DNA from: Synechococcus sp.
GTDB lineage: Bacteria; Cyanobacteriota; Cyanobacteriia; Thermostichales; PCC-7336
NCBI GenBank assembly: GCA_051439605.1
Contig: JBFRWN010000021.1
Coordinates: forward strand, 1 to 57,437
Direction: 5' to 3'
DNA length: 57,437 nucleotides
The notes beneath the pieces are model-generated. The model was not told where the DNA came from, made no database searches, and saw nothing but the letters and a program-made list of their open reading frames with translations. The position numbers and the translations under genes are program-made. Position 1 is the stretch's first letter. Each line of letters begins with the position of its first letter. This document shows positions 19,127-29,178 of this stretch, in pieces.

Positions 19127-19850
19127 CTTCGACTTCTCCAATATTTGGGTCTACCTCCCTGCTTCTCCATTGGTGGAGCTAACGCTTACATTGCTGGTCT
19201 ACAACCTGGCCTACAGACTGTTCGTCTATGCAAAATGCAACCCGCTACTCAATCCAGTTCTGACTTCTATCGTCATGCTGATCGCATTTTTGCTGGCTAC
19301 CGACACATCCTACGAACACTATTTTGAAGGGGGACAATTCATTCACTTCCTGCTCGGACCCGCCACTGTTGCACTGGCTATCCCTCTGTACCGACAGTTT
19401 TCCAAAGTCACAAAAATTTGGCCGCAAGTGGCTATTTCGCTGGTATCGGGCGTCACCATCAGTGCCCTCAGCTCGGTTTTCATCGCCAAACTGTTGGGAG
19501 CCACCATCGAGACTCAACTCTCTATCGCCCCCAAATCCGTTACCACCCCTGTCGCCATGGGCATTTCAGAGAAAATCGGGGGACTGCCATCCCTTACCGC
19601 GGTGTTAGTGGTTATGACCGGAATTTTGGGGGCGGTTCTTGGTACTAGGCTGCTCGAACTGATGCGGATTAAAGAAGACAGCATTAAAGGGATAGCTATG
19701 GGGGCCACCTCCCACGGCATCGGCACCGCTCGTGCCTTTCAAGTCAGCCCTGAGATGGGGGCTTTTGCCGGATTAGCGATGGCTCTATCGGCACTGACAA
19801 CTGCGGTCATGTTGCCCTGGCTGTTGGGGGTCTTTGGCTTGGCTCTTTAG
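19119..19850 (+). CDS. LrgB family protein
   Basis: LLGPATVALAIPLY, PKSVTTPVAM, SHGIGTARA. Confidence 0.93.
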   Translation: MLDFDFSNIWVYLPASPLVELTLTLLVYNLAYRLFVYAKCNPLLNPVLTSIVMLIAFLLATDTSYEHYFEGGQFIHFLLGPATVALAIPLYRQFSKVTKIWPQVAISLVSGVTISALSSVFIAKLLGATIETQLSIAPKSVTTPVAMGISEKIGGLPSLTAVLVVMTGILGAVLGTRLLELMRIKEDSIKGIAMGATSHGIGTARAFQVSPEMGAFAGLAMALSALTTAVMLPWLLGVFGLAL

Positions 19851-19873
19851 CTGGATCGGAGGGAGTTCGACAC

Positions 19874-20461
19874 CTATCTCAGCAGCATCGGTCCGTACTT
19901 GATGCCCAGGTAAATCGCCGTCATTCCAAGCAGGACGATCGCCACCCACAAGGGTTGTCCCCCCAACATCCACATCAATACCAGCCCCACAGCCAGTCCG
20001 TCCGCCACCAACACGGCTAGCCTCTCCGCAATGGGCCACTGTCGCAGCGGAGGCATCACCTGCGGACGCAGCTCCAGTTGAACGAAGCAGTTGAACACCA
20101 ACTGACTGACCATCACAATTGCGGTGCCCGTCCCCAGCCATATCCAACTGCTATACAGCCCCAATAGTTCGAGGGCGATCGTGATTGCAAGGCAGTACAA
20201 AAAACCGAGCAACTGCGGATGACGCCCTCCCCGAGTCCCCCGGTACCATTCGTCAACCCATTGCCAATTATCTAAATCCACCACAGCCATGCGGGCCAAG
20301 TCAAAGCAAAACAGCAGCAAAGTAGCCGCTATCAGCCTCGCAGACACAGCAACCGGCAACGCCATTCGAGCAGCTACACCCAACCCAGCCACTCCATAGG
20401 CCAGCATTAGCCCAGTTCGCACAAATCGGTATGGGAAGAAACCTGCAATCCCTTCTGCCAC
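19874..20461 (-). CDS. Hypothetical membrane protein
   Basis: About 5-6 hydrophobic segments; DLARMAVVDL motif; no family recognised. Confidence 0.6.
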   Translation of the reverse strand: MAEGIAGFFPYRFVRTGLMLAYGVAGLGVAARMALPVAVSARLIAATLLLFCFDLARMAVVDLDNWQWVDEWYRGTRGGRHPQLLGFLYCLAITIALELLGLYSSWIWLGTGTAIVMVSQLVFNCFVQLELRPQVMPPLRQWPIAERLAVLVADGLAVGLVLMWMLGGQPLWVAIVLLGMTAIYLGIKYGPMLLR

Positions 20462-20677
20462 CTAGAGTCATCCTTTAAAAACTATGGCCAATGGACCTGC
20501 CCTAAGCAGAAATTCCTAAAAATTAAGCAGGATTTTAGCAGATCGAGGGCAAACTGTAGCGAATTACTCTTGCAGAGGCAGAAACAAAAGCTTTACTCTG
20601 AGCCTATCCCTGGACGGCAATTCTTGCCCAAGCAGGCTAAATTGGAACCCTGTCAGACGTTCATAAAAGTTTGCAAT

Positions 20678-20869
20678 ATGTCTTTTACTGCATCCGAGCA
20701 AAACCTGCGAACCGTTTGGAACCCATTACGTCAGGCGATCGCCGAAAGTTCTGGTTTCCAGGAATGGCGGCAATCTCAGGAACAAGAGTTTGAAGAGCGT
20801 AGCACCCTATCCCTCGATGTGTTGGTGCATCGCTACCTCAAAGAGACCCTAGCCACCCTCGCTTACTAA
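20678..20869 (+). CDS. Small conserved cyanobacterial hypothetical protein
   Basis: W..LRQAIAESSGFQEW...V.RYLKETLATLAY pattern; start taken at MSFTASE. Confidence 0.7.
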   Translation: MSFTASEQNLRTVWNPLRQAIAESSGFQEWRQSQEQEFEERSTLSLDVLVHRYLKETLATLAY

Positions 20870-20969
20870 CCCCCCTGCCTCACTCATAACCACCATCAAA
20901 ACCCTATGAATTCCAACTACTACCTACCTGGGCTTGTAGTTGGATTTTTTTTATTGCCCTGACTGTCTT

Positions 20970-21932
20970 TTAAAAGCCCGCACCAGCCATAGCTTCCTGA
21001 CCCCAAAGAGAAATCCACAAAGGGAGCGTCAGTAGCAAAGCAAACGAACTCCCGGCGATCGCTGTAACGGTTGCCTCGCGATCCAGAGCATACTCTTCGG
21101 CCAAAATCAGCGTAGAAAACGCACAGGGCATCCCCGCCTGCAAAATCAATGCCAGTTCGATATTGGGGGACAGATCGAACCACGGTACCAATAGGGCCAC
21201 CACCACAGGCAACAACAGCAGCTTAATGGCAATCGCAGGAGCCACCGTTGTTAAATGATGCCATCCCCGCAATTGGGACAGTCGCATACCGATCAAAATC
21301 AGGCTCAACCCCACGACTCCCCAAGCAAATCCTGCCAGCAGACGATCGCCCCACAAGGGAAGGGGCACTGACTTCAAAGCTGCCCCCATCGCAAACCCCC
21401 ACAGGGCAGGGGTACAAAATACCTGCAGACACAGCTGCTGCCAAGACAGATGGCTTTTACGTCCGTGGCGACTGGCCAGCCATACCCCCAACCCATAATT
21501 GCCCAGCACCGTGGCCACAAGGTCGTACAGTAACACCCACCCAAACACTCCATTGCCCGCCACCGCCAAACACACGGGATATCCCAGATAGCCCGTATTG
21601 CCCATCATGGCTGCTAGCTTGAAGCTGCCGCGCCGCTCTTTCGTCCACCGATTCACCTGAGGCAGCGATCGCAACAACACAGAGGCCGCTCCCCAAGCCA
21701 CCAGCAGCGCAGTACCCACCACGATCGGCAGCGTCAAATCCAGTGGAGGAATCTCCGCCTGCCGCATAAACCCAATCAGACCAAGGGGAATCCCCACCCA
21801 AAACATAAATCGACCCAGAGGTTCCGGGCCGATCGCTCGCTGAGCTTTGAGGGGCATATATCGATTCGCGATCGCCCCCACCAAGGACACCCCCAGCAGC
21901 AGCAGGTACAGGCGTAACAGAGTAAAAAACAC
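20970..21932 (-). CDS. AEC (auxin efflux carrier) family transporter
   Basis: GNTGYLGYP, KLLLLP, QAGMPCAF. Confidence 0.9.
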   Translation of the reverse strand: MFFTLLRLYLLLLGVSLVGAIANRYMPLKAQRAIGPEPLGRFMFWVGIPLGLIGFMRQAEIPPLDLTLPIVVGTALLVAWGAASVLLRSLPQVNRWTKERRGSFKLAAMMGNTGYLGYPVCLAVAGNGVFGWVLLYDLVATVLGNYGLGVWLASRHGRKSHLSWQQLCLQVFCTPALWGFAMGAALKSVPLPLWGDRLLAGFAWGVVGLSLILIGMRLSQLRGWHHLTTVAPAIAIKLLLLPVVVALLVPWFDLSPNIELALILQAGMPCAFSTLILAEEYALDREATVTAIAGSSFALLLTLPLWISLWGQEAMAGAGF

Positions 21933-21947
21933 AAGCTCAGCTGAGAA

Positions 21948-23024
21948 TTATTGAGGGAACTGAGCACTGAGATTTAGATCTCCCGCCTGCCACAGCAGAG
22001 GAGACATCGACTGGGTGTTGGACTGGCCCCGCCCGCTTGCGGCCTCTAAACCATTCGTTTGCAAGCGGCTCCACACCGAGTCCCCGATCGACTGCGAGAT
22101 GACACTAGACGCCTGCGCGCGGAAGACATCCCAAAAGATATTCAGGTCGGGTCGTTCTCGAGTCACTTCGATGTCGCGATCGCCCAGCAGCGTCCGCAGG
22201 CGATCCACCGCATCGTCAACTCCCCCCAGTTCGTCTACCAACCCGATCTCCAAAGCTTGTTGGCCAGTAAACACTCGTCCGTCCGCATAGCTGCGCACTC
22301 GGTTGAACGTCATTTCCTGCCGCTTGGCGAGTACTTCTTCATCCAGTACTGTATTCAGATCTGTGCGAACGTTCTGACGTCCCTGCGCCACTGCCTTCAC
22401 AAACTGTCCGTAAGAGCTATCCACCAATTCTTGCAACAGTTGGCGACCTTCGGGAGTCAGAGGGCGGGTGGGAGAGAGTAAATCTTTATAGGGACCCGTT
22501 TTGACGGTTTGCGGATCGATGCCGATATTTTCCAGAAGTTCTGCTGCGTTAAATCCTTGAATAATAACGCCGATACTGCCCACCAGGCTGCCAGGATTCA
22601 CAATAATCTCGTCCGCTGCACTGGCGACGTAGTACCCACCGCTGGCGGCAATATCGGTAACCGTCGCCACAATGGGTTTTTCCTGGCGAACCTTTTCCAC
22701 CGCCCGATACAGCTCTTGGCTGGCCCCCACCGTGCCACCGGGGCTATTGATGCGCAGCACTACCCCCTTGACGCGTTTGTTGTCCGCTAGCTTGCGCAGG
22801 CGATTGGCTAACCCACTCGCCCCCCTTACTCCGGAGGCATCCCCCGTAATCGGCCCCTGCAAAGACACCTCCGCAATGCGATCGCCCCCCACTCGGGAGA
22901 GAAAATCGCTGTTCAGTGCCTGGTCGGTGGGTGGGGAACTGTCAGTCGGTTGACGGACAGCAACAATGGCCGCAAAAAAGCAGACAACAATTAAAGTCAG
23001 TGCCAACAGGCGGTTGGTTTGCAT
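21948..23024 (-). CDS. sppA: Signal peptide peptidase SppA (S49)
   Basis: LRINSPGGTVGAS, AASGGYYVA, GSIGVI, KTGPYKD, DGRVFTG. Confidence 0.93.
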   Translation of the reverse strand: MQTNRLLALTLIVVCFFAAIVAVRQPTDSSPPTDQALNSDFLSRVGGDRIAEVSLQGPITGDASGVRGASGLANRLRKLADNKRVKGVVLRINSPGGTVGASQELYRAVEKVRQEKPIVATVTDIAASGGYYVASAADEIIVNPGSLVGSIGVIIQGFNAAELLENIGIDPQTVKTGPYKDLLSPTRPLTPEGRQLLQELVDSSYGQFVKAVAQGRQNVRTDLNTVLDEEVLAKRQEMTFNRVRSYADGRVFTGQQALEIGLVDELGGVDDAVDRLRTLLGDRDIEVTRERPDLNIFWDVFRAQASSVISQSIGDSVWSRLQTNGLEAASGRGQSNTQSMSPLLWQAGDLNLSAQFPQ

Positions 23025-23226
23025 AGTGTCTAAAACCAATCGGGTCAGGGATTAAAATACTCAATACTGAATAACTGGGCGACCAGCACCGTCCCAATCG
23101 TAAGCGATATCGATTCCTGAGGTTGAAATCAGGCGGGGAGCTTAAGAGATCGCAATTCCCTAGAGGTTGGGCGCGGAATCAACGCTAGCATCGTGAAAAG
23201 TGCCAACTTGCCTGGGGAATTCCACT

Positions 23227-23559
23227 GTGGCTCAGAAGCAACAATTTCGCAGTTTTGCCGACATGATAGAAACGTCGGAAACTCCTGTTTTAGTGGATTT
23301 TTATGCCCACTGGTGCGGGCCTTGCCGCATCATGGCCCAGATTCTGGAGATGGTGAAGTCTCAGTTGGGGGAGCAGGTCATGGTTGTCAAGATTGACACT
23401 GAGAAATATCCGAACATTGCCTCTCAGTGGCAGATTGAGGCATTGCCAACGGTCATGCTGTTCAAAGATGGTCAGCCGGTCGATCGCATCGAGGGAGTCC
23501 TGCAGCCTCAAGACTTACTGGCTCGCCTGCAACCTAACTTGGAAGCCCCGGTGACCTAA
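23227..23559 (+). CDS. trxA: Thioredoxin (probably y-type)
   Basis: VLVDFYAHWCGPC, KIDTEKYP, IEALPT; likely GTG start at 23227. Confidence 0.92.
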   Translation: MAQKQQFRSFADMIETSETPVLVDFYAHWCGPCRIMAQILEMVKSQLGEQVMVVKIDTEKYPNIASQWQIEALPTVMLFKDGQPVDRIEGVLQPQDLLARLQPNLEAPVT

Positions 23560-23659
23560 CCTCTGCCTAATTTCTGAGGGGGAATTTATCTGGAAAGCTC
23601 CCCTCTGCCAGCCCTCAGCCTGATAGCATAGCAAAGCTCATTCCTCCCCCAGTTCCTCT

Positions 23660-24529
23660 ATGCAACCCAGGCGCGTCGCGCGAGAACTTGCGCTGCTGGC
23701 AATCGCTCAGCTGCCCTCCACTGCGCAAAAGCTGTCCGCAAAGCAATTGGAGGACTACATCGTTGCAGCCGTGCGATCGCTCTCCGAAGAAGTAAGGGAA
23801 TCGCTGGAGGTTGCTGGAGATGGGGTGAGCCGCAGCGAACGCCTCTTGCAAGAGTCGGAACTCTCCCTCCCCATGACCGTTGAGGTATCGATCGAGGGTC
23901 AAGAAGCCCCCCAAACCAAACGGGAGGAGGCAGGAGAACGAACTGAACTCGCTCGCCTGAAGCAGGTGCAGCAGCAAATCGCCAAAATCGAAACGGGACT
24001 GCGCACCGCCACCCCCAGCAAAACATCCGCTAGCGCGATCGTCAGCGAACTCTTGGGGATAGTGGGTCAGCTGCGCACCTCTGTGGAACTCGTCACCCAG
24101 TCGGCGGAAGACTTCGATCGCCGCCTGCAAACCGCCCGTCAAACTATGCTTAAAGCCGTGCAAGTGGCAGGAACTGCCATTAACTGCTTGGGGGCATCGG
24201 TAACGCTGCCAGAGTTTGTTCGCATTGCCGACTCTGCCTCGGTCAAGTCCTACGCCCTGGACTTAATGCAAGCCATCCACAAAAATAAGGACGATATTGA
24301 CCAGCGCCTTCAAGATGCTTTGGTGGGCTGGAATCTGAAACGAATTGGCCGCATTGAGCGGGATATCTTGCGCCTGTCCATCGTGGAAATGGAAATTTTA
24401 GAGAGCGTCCCCGAACGGGTGGCGATTAACGAGGCAGTGGAGCTGGCAAAGAAATACGGCAGCGACGAATCCCCGGCGTTTGTGAACGGAGTGCTGCGTC
24501 GGATCGCCACGTCCAAATCAGACGGCTAG
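23660..24529 (+). CDS. nusB: Transcription antitermination factor NusB, cyanobacterial type with an extra insertion
   Basis: RRVARELALL; W.LKRIGRIERDILRL; VAINEAVELAKKY; FVNGVLR. Confidence 0.93.
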   Translation: MQPRRVARELALLAIAQLPSTAQKLSAKQLEDYIVAAVRSLSEEVRESLEVAGDGVSRSERLLQESELSLPMTVEVSIEGQEAPQTKREEAGERTELARLKQVQQQIAKIETGLRTATPSKTSASAIVSELLGIVGQLRTSVELVTQSAEDFDRRLQTARQTMLKAVQVAGTAINCLGASVTLPEFVRIADSASVKSYALDLMQAIHKNKDDIDQRLQDALVGWNLKRIGRIERDILRLSIVEMEILESVPERVAINEAVELAKKYGSDESPAFVNGVLRRIATSKSDG

Positions 24530-24897
24530 CTCACATCAGGCTCTAGCGAGAACAATCTAAAGGAACAGTCACCCACAAGGTAGGCGATGGGTAACCTTGC
24601 TCGTGGTGTAGAGATAGCGTCCTTCTCGCCAGCCATTCAGAGAGGCTCAAACCGGTGCGCTGCCAGCCGGAGAGAAAAGCAAGGAGAGTGTCTGCAAGGA
24701 TATTTTGCCAGTGTTTATACGGGTGAAAGCAAAAATACTTTTCCTCTTCTCGGTGTATATACTGATTGCTCTCCGTTAAAGCACCGATCTATAGGTATAT
24801 AGGTGTTGTATTCGATACGTAGAAGTTCTGTCGCGATGTTCCTTTGCTCCGAATTTCTTGCCGTGTCTGCCATTCCTACAGAGTTTACGGAAGAAGC

Positions 24898-25458
24898 ATG
24901 AAACGCCAGCACGCGCTTTCTCACTCCCAGAGAACCTCCAGGTCGTTTGGATTTAGCGTTTTGGAGGTAATAGTCGTTACCGCAACCTTGGGTGTTGTTA
25001 CCGGTGTGGCTATCCAACAATGGGGGTCGGCTGGCACCAAAATGGCCGTAGATGGATTTTCCAACCAGCTTAAGACCGGTCTTCAGATTGCACGCTTCGA
25101 AGCCATCAAACGCAATCGAAATGTTGCCTTCTACTGGGATGCCAGCAGCGAAACCTTTCAAACTGTCGTGAAGAGTTCCACCGGTTTGGGATGCGACGTC
25201 GATACGGGGGATGAAGCCCTCTCTCCACTCGAGCTACCGGAAGCCGTCGGTCTGCGCACTGGGATGGATGTCCGGGGAACCTTTGTCTCTCAGGATGGCA
25301 TCGTTTGGAGAGCGAACGGGCTGACAGCCAGCTGCAGTAACTTTGACGTTTCAGGCTCCAACACGATTGAAGTCAGATTTGATGATGTTCCGGGCAGCCT
25401 GGATTTTGATGTCGCCATTACCCCCACTGGCAGAGTCAGCACAGAATTTCTCAACTGA
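24898..25458 (+). CDS. FimT/FimU (GspH-like) minor pilin
   Basis: Prepilin site G|FSVLE plus hydrophobic helix; LQIARFEAIKRN; C-terminal ITPTGRV. Confidence 0.85.
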   Translation: MKRQHALSHSQRTSRSFGFSVLEVIVVTATLGVVTGVAIQQWGSAGTKMAVDGFSNQLKTGLQIARFEAIKRNRNVAFYWDASSETFQTVVKSSTGLGCDVDTGDEALSPLELPEAVGLRTGMDVRGTFVSQDGIVWRANGLTASCSNFDVSGSNTIEVRFDDVPGSLDFDVAITPTGRVSTEFLN

Positions 25459-25634
25459 AGTGTTGGGGCATGGACTGATAAGAATGCCACCTAGCCTCAA
25501 AGTCCAACAACAGTCCAGCTGACCTGTTCCACAACCGTACTTCCTTCCCGCAGATAGGGAACATCTACAGAAATATGTCAATTATGGGCATATTCATTTC
25601 AGTCTTTCCGTATAAAAACAGTCTTTTATTCCGT

Positions 25635-26036
25635 ATGACGCCAGCCAGGCACTTTAGAGGATTTTCCTTAGGGGAAGTGATGGTGGCCACCCTGATTCTG
25701 TCGATCGGTGTGTCGGCTGCTGTAGCTTCACTCAATACATCCTTAAGAACCACCCAAAAAGCCCAGGATGGCGGGAGTTTGGCCACCGTCGCGCAGTCAG
25801 AAATGGAGCGACAACGCTCTTTGTCTATTCCGGTTGCCGTTCCGGCCACCTCTGAAGCTGGCATTACCCGCACTGTTGCCGTCAGGGGATGTAATTTTAC
25901 GGATACCGATCTAACCTGCCTCCCTTCGGCCAGCTGTACCGCTGCCAACCCGGCCTGCCAAATTATTGTCACCGTTACTGCAGATGGAACAGCCGACAGT
26001 TTAGAGATTGACACGATTAAGGCGATCGCACGATGA
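25635..26036 (+). CDS. PilV-like minor pilin
   Basis: G|FSLGEVMVATLILSIGV; AQSEME; Cys cluster; IIVTVT. Confidence 0.8.
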   Translation: MTPARHFRGFSLGEVMVATLILSIGVSAAVASLNTSLRTTQKAQDGGSLATVAQSEMERQRSLSIPVAVPATSEAGITRTVAVRGCNFTDTDLTCLPSASCTAANPACQIIVTVTADGTADSLEIDTIKAIAR

Positions 26037-27439
26037 AGACCAGCAAGCGCGGCATGACTTTGGTGGAGTTGCTGCTTGGCATCGCAATCTCTGGCACGTT
26101 ACTGGTGCTGCTCGGCCGGATGTTTTCTGCCACGTTAAGAATTAATCGCATCAACCAACAGGGCACCTCGCTGCTGCAAAACTCGGAGTTTGCGGTGGCC
26201 TTACTGGAGAGTGAATTAAAGGATGCGGGCTATCGGGGGGGGGACAGAGCCTCCTTTGGCGGAGCCCCCCCCAACGAAGCGCAAACGGCAAATTTTGCAC
26301 AGGCCGTACGCTGGCCTTTCTCCATCGACTATGACGTGGCTGCTGCCAACGGGCTCGTTGGCATAGAGGATGTTTCCGGCCTCAGCGTCTCGCCGCTACC
26401 GACAATCGTTCACGTCGCAGGAACGGGCACGTCCTCCGACTCGGTGGGATTGGTCCGGGTTATCGGTATCGAGGACACGACTGCCACAGATACCTACCAA
26501 CTGGAATATGTCTTGTACGGCGCGGAGAATGGCGAATATACGCGCCTGCGCCAGCAACTGAACTGTACCGCCCCCGTCTATGCCAATTCGGTCTGTACGT
26601 TGGATGGCGGCAATAGCGGTCGCGCACCGACGATCGAAGGGGGGGAAGATCTGCAGGTGTTTTTTAAGCTGCGTCGGTTGCAAGGGGGCCAACCCGTTTA
26701 TACCGACAGCTTTCCAGGAGATGTTAGCGATGTGGCTAGCATCGGTGTGTATTTGCGATTGCGATCGCCCATAGCCGACCCCGGCCATACCGATACGGTG
26801 GCCTATCCCAGCGATGCGGTCGAACCTCCATCGGGGGTTTTGCCGGACGGTACGGCCATCTCCAGCTGGTCGCACTTGGGGGTGCCCGTCAACCAAACCT
26901 ATAACGATCCCTTTCGTCGCGTCGAAAAAGTCATCGAGATCGGCCTCAATAACAGCCAGCCCTGCAATCAATTGCCCATCGCCTGGCCAGCTAATAGCAT
27001 CCCCACCAGCACCAATCAGGCCACATCGCCTACCCACAATGGCAACGCCACGCCAGGGCCGGGGAACTTTGGTTGGGTCACCTGGAATGGGAATAACGGC
27101 ACCCCAGCCCTATTAAATGCCCTCAACCACCCCGAACTCTCGCGACTGAACTACACCGATCCCACCATTGCCGATGCGAACGACCCAGCCCGCCATAACC
27201 TGCAGGTGGGCAGCGTAGTCGAAGGTCTACCGGGTAATAGGAATCCCGGAAATGCTGCCCTAGCTCAATACGCCAATCAAGTCATTTTGGCCCCCGTCTG
27301 GGATAAGGCAGAGGGCAACGGAGCGAACCTGAATTACACCATTGCTGGATTTGCTCGCATCTTGCTCTTACCCAGCTCCACCATTGGAAACTTACAAGGG
27401 GTTTATTTAGGTCCTGCCGGCAACGCCTGTACGATCTAA
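26033..27439 (+). CDS. PilW-like minor pilin with an extra C-terminal domain
   Basis: G|MTLVELLLG; LLESELKDAGY; IEGGEDLQVFF; ATGA overlap with pilV. Confidence 0.82.
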   Translation: MKTSKRGMTLVELLLGIAISGTLLVLLGRMFSATLRINRINQQGTSLLQNSEFAVALLESELKDAGYRGGDRASFGGAPPNEAQTANFAQAVRWPFSIDYDVAAANGLVGIEDVSGLSVSPLPTIVHVAGTGTSSDSVGLVRVIGIEDTTATDTYQLEYVLYGAENGEYTRLRQQLNCTAPVYANSVCTLDGGNSGRAPTIEGGEDLQVFFKLRRLQGGQPVYTDSFPGDVSDVASIGVYLRLRSPIADPGHTDTVAYPSDAVEPPSGVLPDGTAISSWSHLGVPVNQTYNDPFRRVEKVIEIGLNNSQPCNQLPIAWPANSIPTSTNQATSPTHNGNATPGPGNFGWVTWNGNNGTPALLNALNHPELSRLNYTDPTIADANDPARHNLQVGSVVEGLPGNRNPGNAALAQYANQVILAPVWDKAEGNGANLNYTIAGFARILLLPSSTIGNLQGVYLGPAGNACTI

Positions 27440-27540
27440 GTACAAACTGGGAAAAATATACAATATAAATGTATCTAGGGTTACAGATTTTCTGGTTGAC
27501 TCAGTGATTCCAAGCACCTTCTGTTAGAGGGTTCTAAGGC

Positions 27541-29085
27541 ATGAAGTTTTCTCGCCGCCACGCCATCCCATCCCATCCCAAGCTGCAGCTTGCACTGGCT
27601 GCGCGGGGCTACATTTTAGTCGTGTCCGTATTGATGATGGGGGTGATTTTGCTGATCGGGACGGCAGCAGGATTTTTAAGCCTGACCAACGTCATTATTG
27701 CCGGAAATGTTGAGGCTAATCTTGGCACTCGCTATCGGGCAGAAGCTGGGGTTGATGCGGCGATCGCCTACCTCCAAAGCCAGGCATCCGGTTATTTATC
27801 CACTGCAGAAATTGACAGCGAGATCGCGAAAGCCAACACCCTCTCGATCCAGGGGGAGGCATCCACCTGTCCCTTCGATCCCGATACAGGGGTTCCCTGT
27901 ATTACTGTCACCCGCTGGACACCGGAAACCGTGGTGATTACTGCCATTGCTGGAGATCCCTCGACGAATGCCGAATACGTTGCCGAAGCGAGCATTCGCT
28001 TAACCCCCAGTACCGAATCCATGCCTCCGATTGGCTTGTTGGCGGAAGATACGATCGAAATTAACGGAGCGATGGACTTAACTGGTGGGACTGCCAGCCC
28101 GTATGACGACCTGCTAGCCCACGGCAATAATGGCTACGCGATCGATTCTCAGGCCACGTTGCCCTTGGTGGATGGCACTGTAGGCATTACAGCCTCTCCC
28201 GGAGCGAGCCTGTGCTTTGGGGGCGGAGTGGCCCCCTGTCCGGCGGATACAATTGCCACGCAATCGATCGTCGGCACCGATCTTGAGGAAGTAAAAACTT
28301 TGGCGATCGGCAGCGATATTTCCGAAATCACTGACAATGATTCCGATACTGAGAATGAGTTCGATACTGACCAAGTTTCCGTTACTGGCAATGGCAGTAA
28401 CTCTGTTCTGCTCAATACCAACAGCACCTCCCCAACAACTTCTTTGACGAGTGGCTCTTACATCACAGCCTCTCAAATCAATTCCGCTAGCCGTTCTAGC
28501 GAGGTTTCATCCTTACTCCAGACTTCTTCCGATAGCTTTACGGTGATTGCATCCTCGGAAGACGTTGTGTTTCCAGAAAATACCTCCCTCAGCGATGCGA
28601 AAGTCATTCTGCAAAGTGGCAGTTTTCGATTGCCAGCCAACAGTCAATTTAGCGATGTCGTGCTGATTGCAGAAGCCGGGAGCATTATTTTTGAAGGTGA
28701 CAACACCACGTTTACAGACTCTGCAGCGATTGCTTCGGATGGGATTGACGTGTTAACAGCGGTGACGTTTTCCGGCACCAGCCTGCTCGCCAGCGAAGGC
28801 TCGTTAAATAAAATTCGCTTCCAACATGACGGCATCACCTCCACCGATGACCTTTCGGTCATTTCGGAAGGGTCGATTGAATTCAATGCCAATATTCCGA
28901 GCTTTAAAGCAGGGTTGACGGCTACCGGAGACATCCTCTTCAACGGTACGATCGACTTCAGCGGATTTGCACAATCGGGAGCGTCTATCTTACTGGCACA
29001 AGGAACAGGGAGTGCGTCTGCAATTTCTAGCTTGGTGGCAACCGAACCCGAATATCGGTTTGGCTTTGTCTTGAGCAGAAACTAA
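27541..29085 (+). CDS. PilX/GspK-like minor pilin with a predicted beta-solenoid region
   Basis: G|YILVV (no Glu5, typical of PilX); RYRAEAGVDAAI; VVITAIA; repetitive I-x-A-x-G-x-I-x-F segments. Confidence 0.8.
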   Translation: MKFSRRHAIPSHPKLQLALAARGYILVVSVLMMGVILLIGTAAGFLSLTNVIIAGNVEANLGTRYRAEAGVDAAIAYLQSQASGYLSTAEIDSEIAKANTLSIQGEASTCPFDPDTGVPCITVTRWTPETVVITAIAGDPSTNAEYVAEASIRLTPSTESMPPIGLLAEDTIEINGAMDLTGGTASPYDDLLAHGNNGYAIDSQATLPLVDGTVGITASPGASLCFGGGVAPCPADTIATQSIVGTDLEEVKTLAIGSDISEITDNDSDTENEFDTDQVSVTGNGSNSVLLNTNSTSPTTSLTSGSYITASQINSASRSSEVSSLLQTSSDSFTVIASSEDVVFPENTSLSDAKVILQSGSFRLPANSQFSDVVLIAEAGSIIFEGDNTTFTDSAAIASDGIDVLTAVTFSGTSLLASEGSLNKIRFQHDGITSTDDLSVISEGSIEFNANIPSFKAGLTATGDILFNGTIDFSGFAQSGASILLAQGTGSASAISSLVATEPEYRFGFVLSRN

Positions 29086-29178
29086 GGTCGATAAAGAAGC
29101 GCTAGCCGACCGATCGGACCGTCGGCATCCATCGCAGAGTTTGTCGATGGAGATTGGACCGACTATCTTGCCAGTCCT

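Noticed and set aside
24530..24897. Possible SigF-type GGGTAA promoter (24589-24594) for the pilin cluster, and ORF 24587-24802
   Set aside because: A single hexamer 300 bp upstream is not distinguishable from chance; the ORF is featureless.
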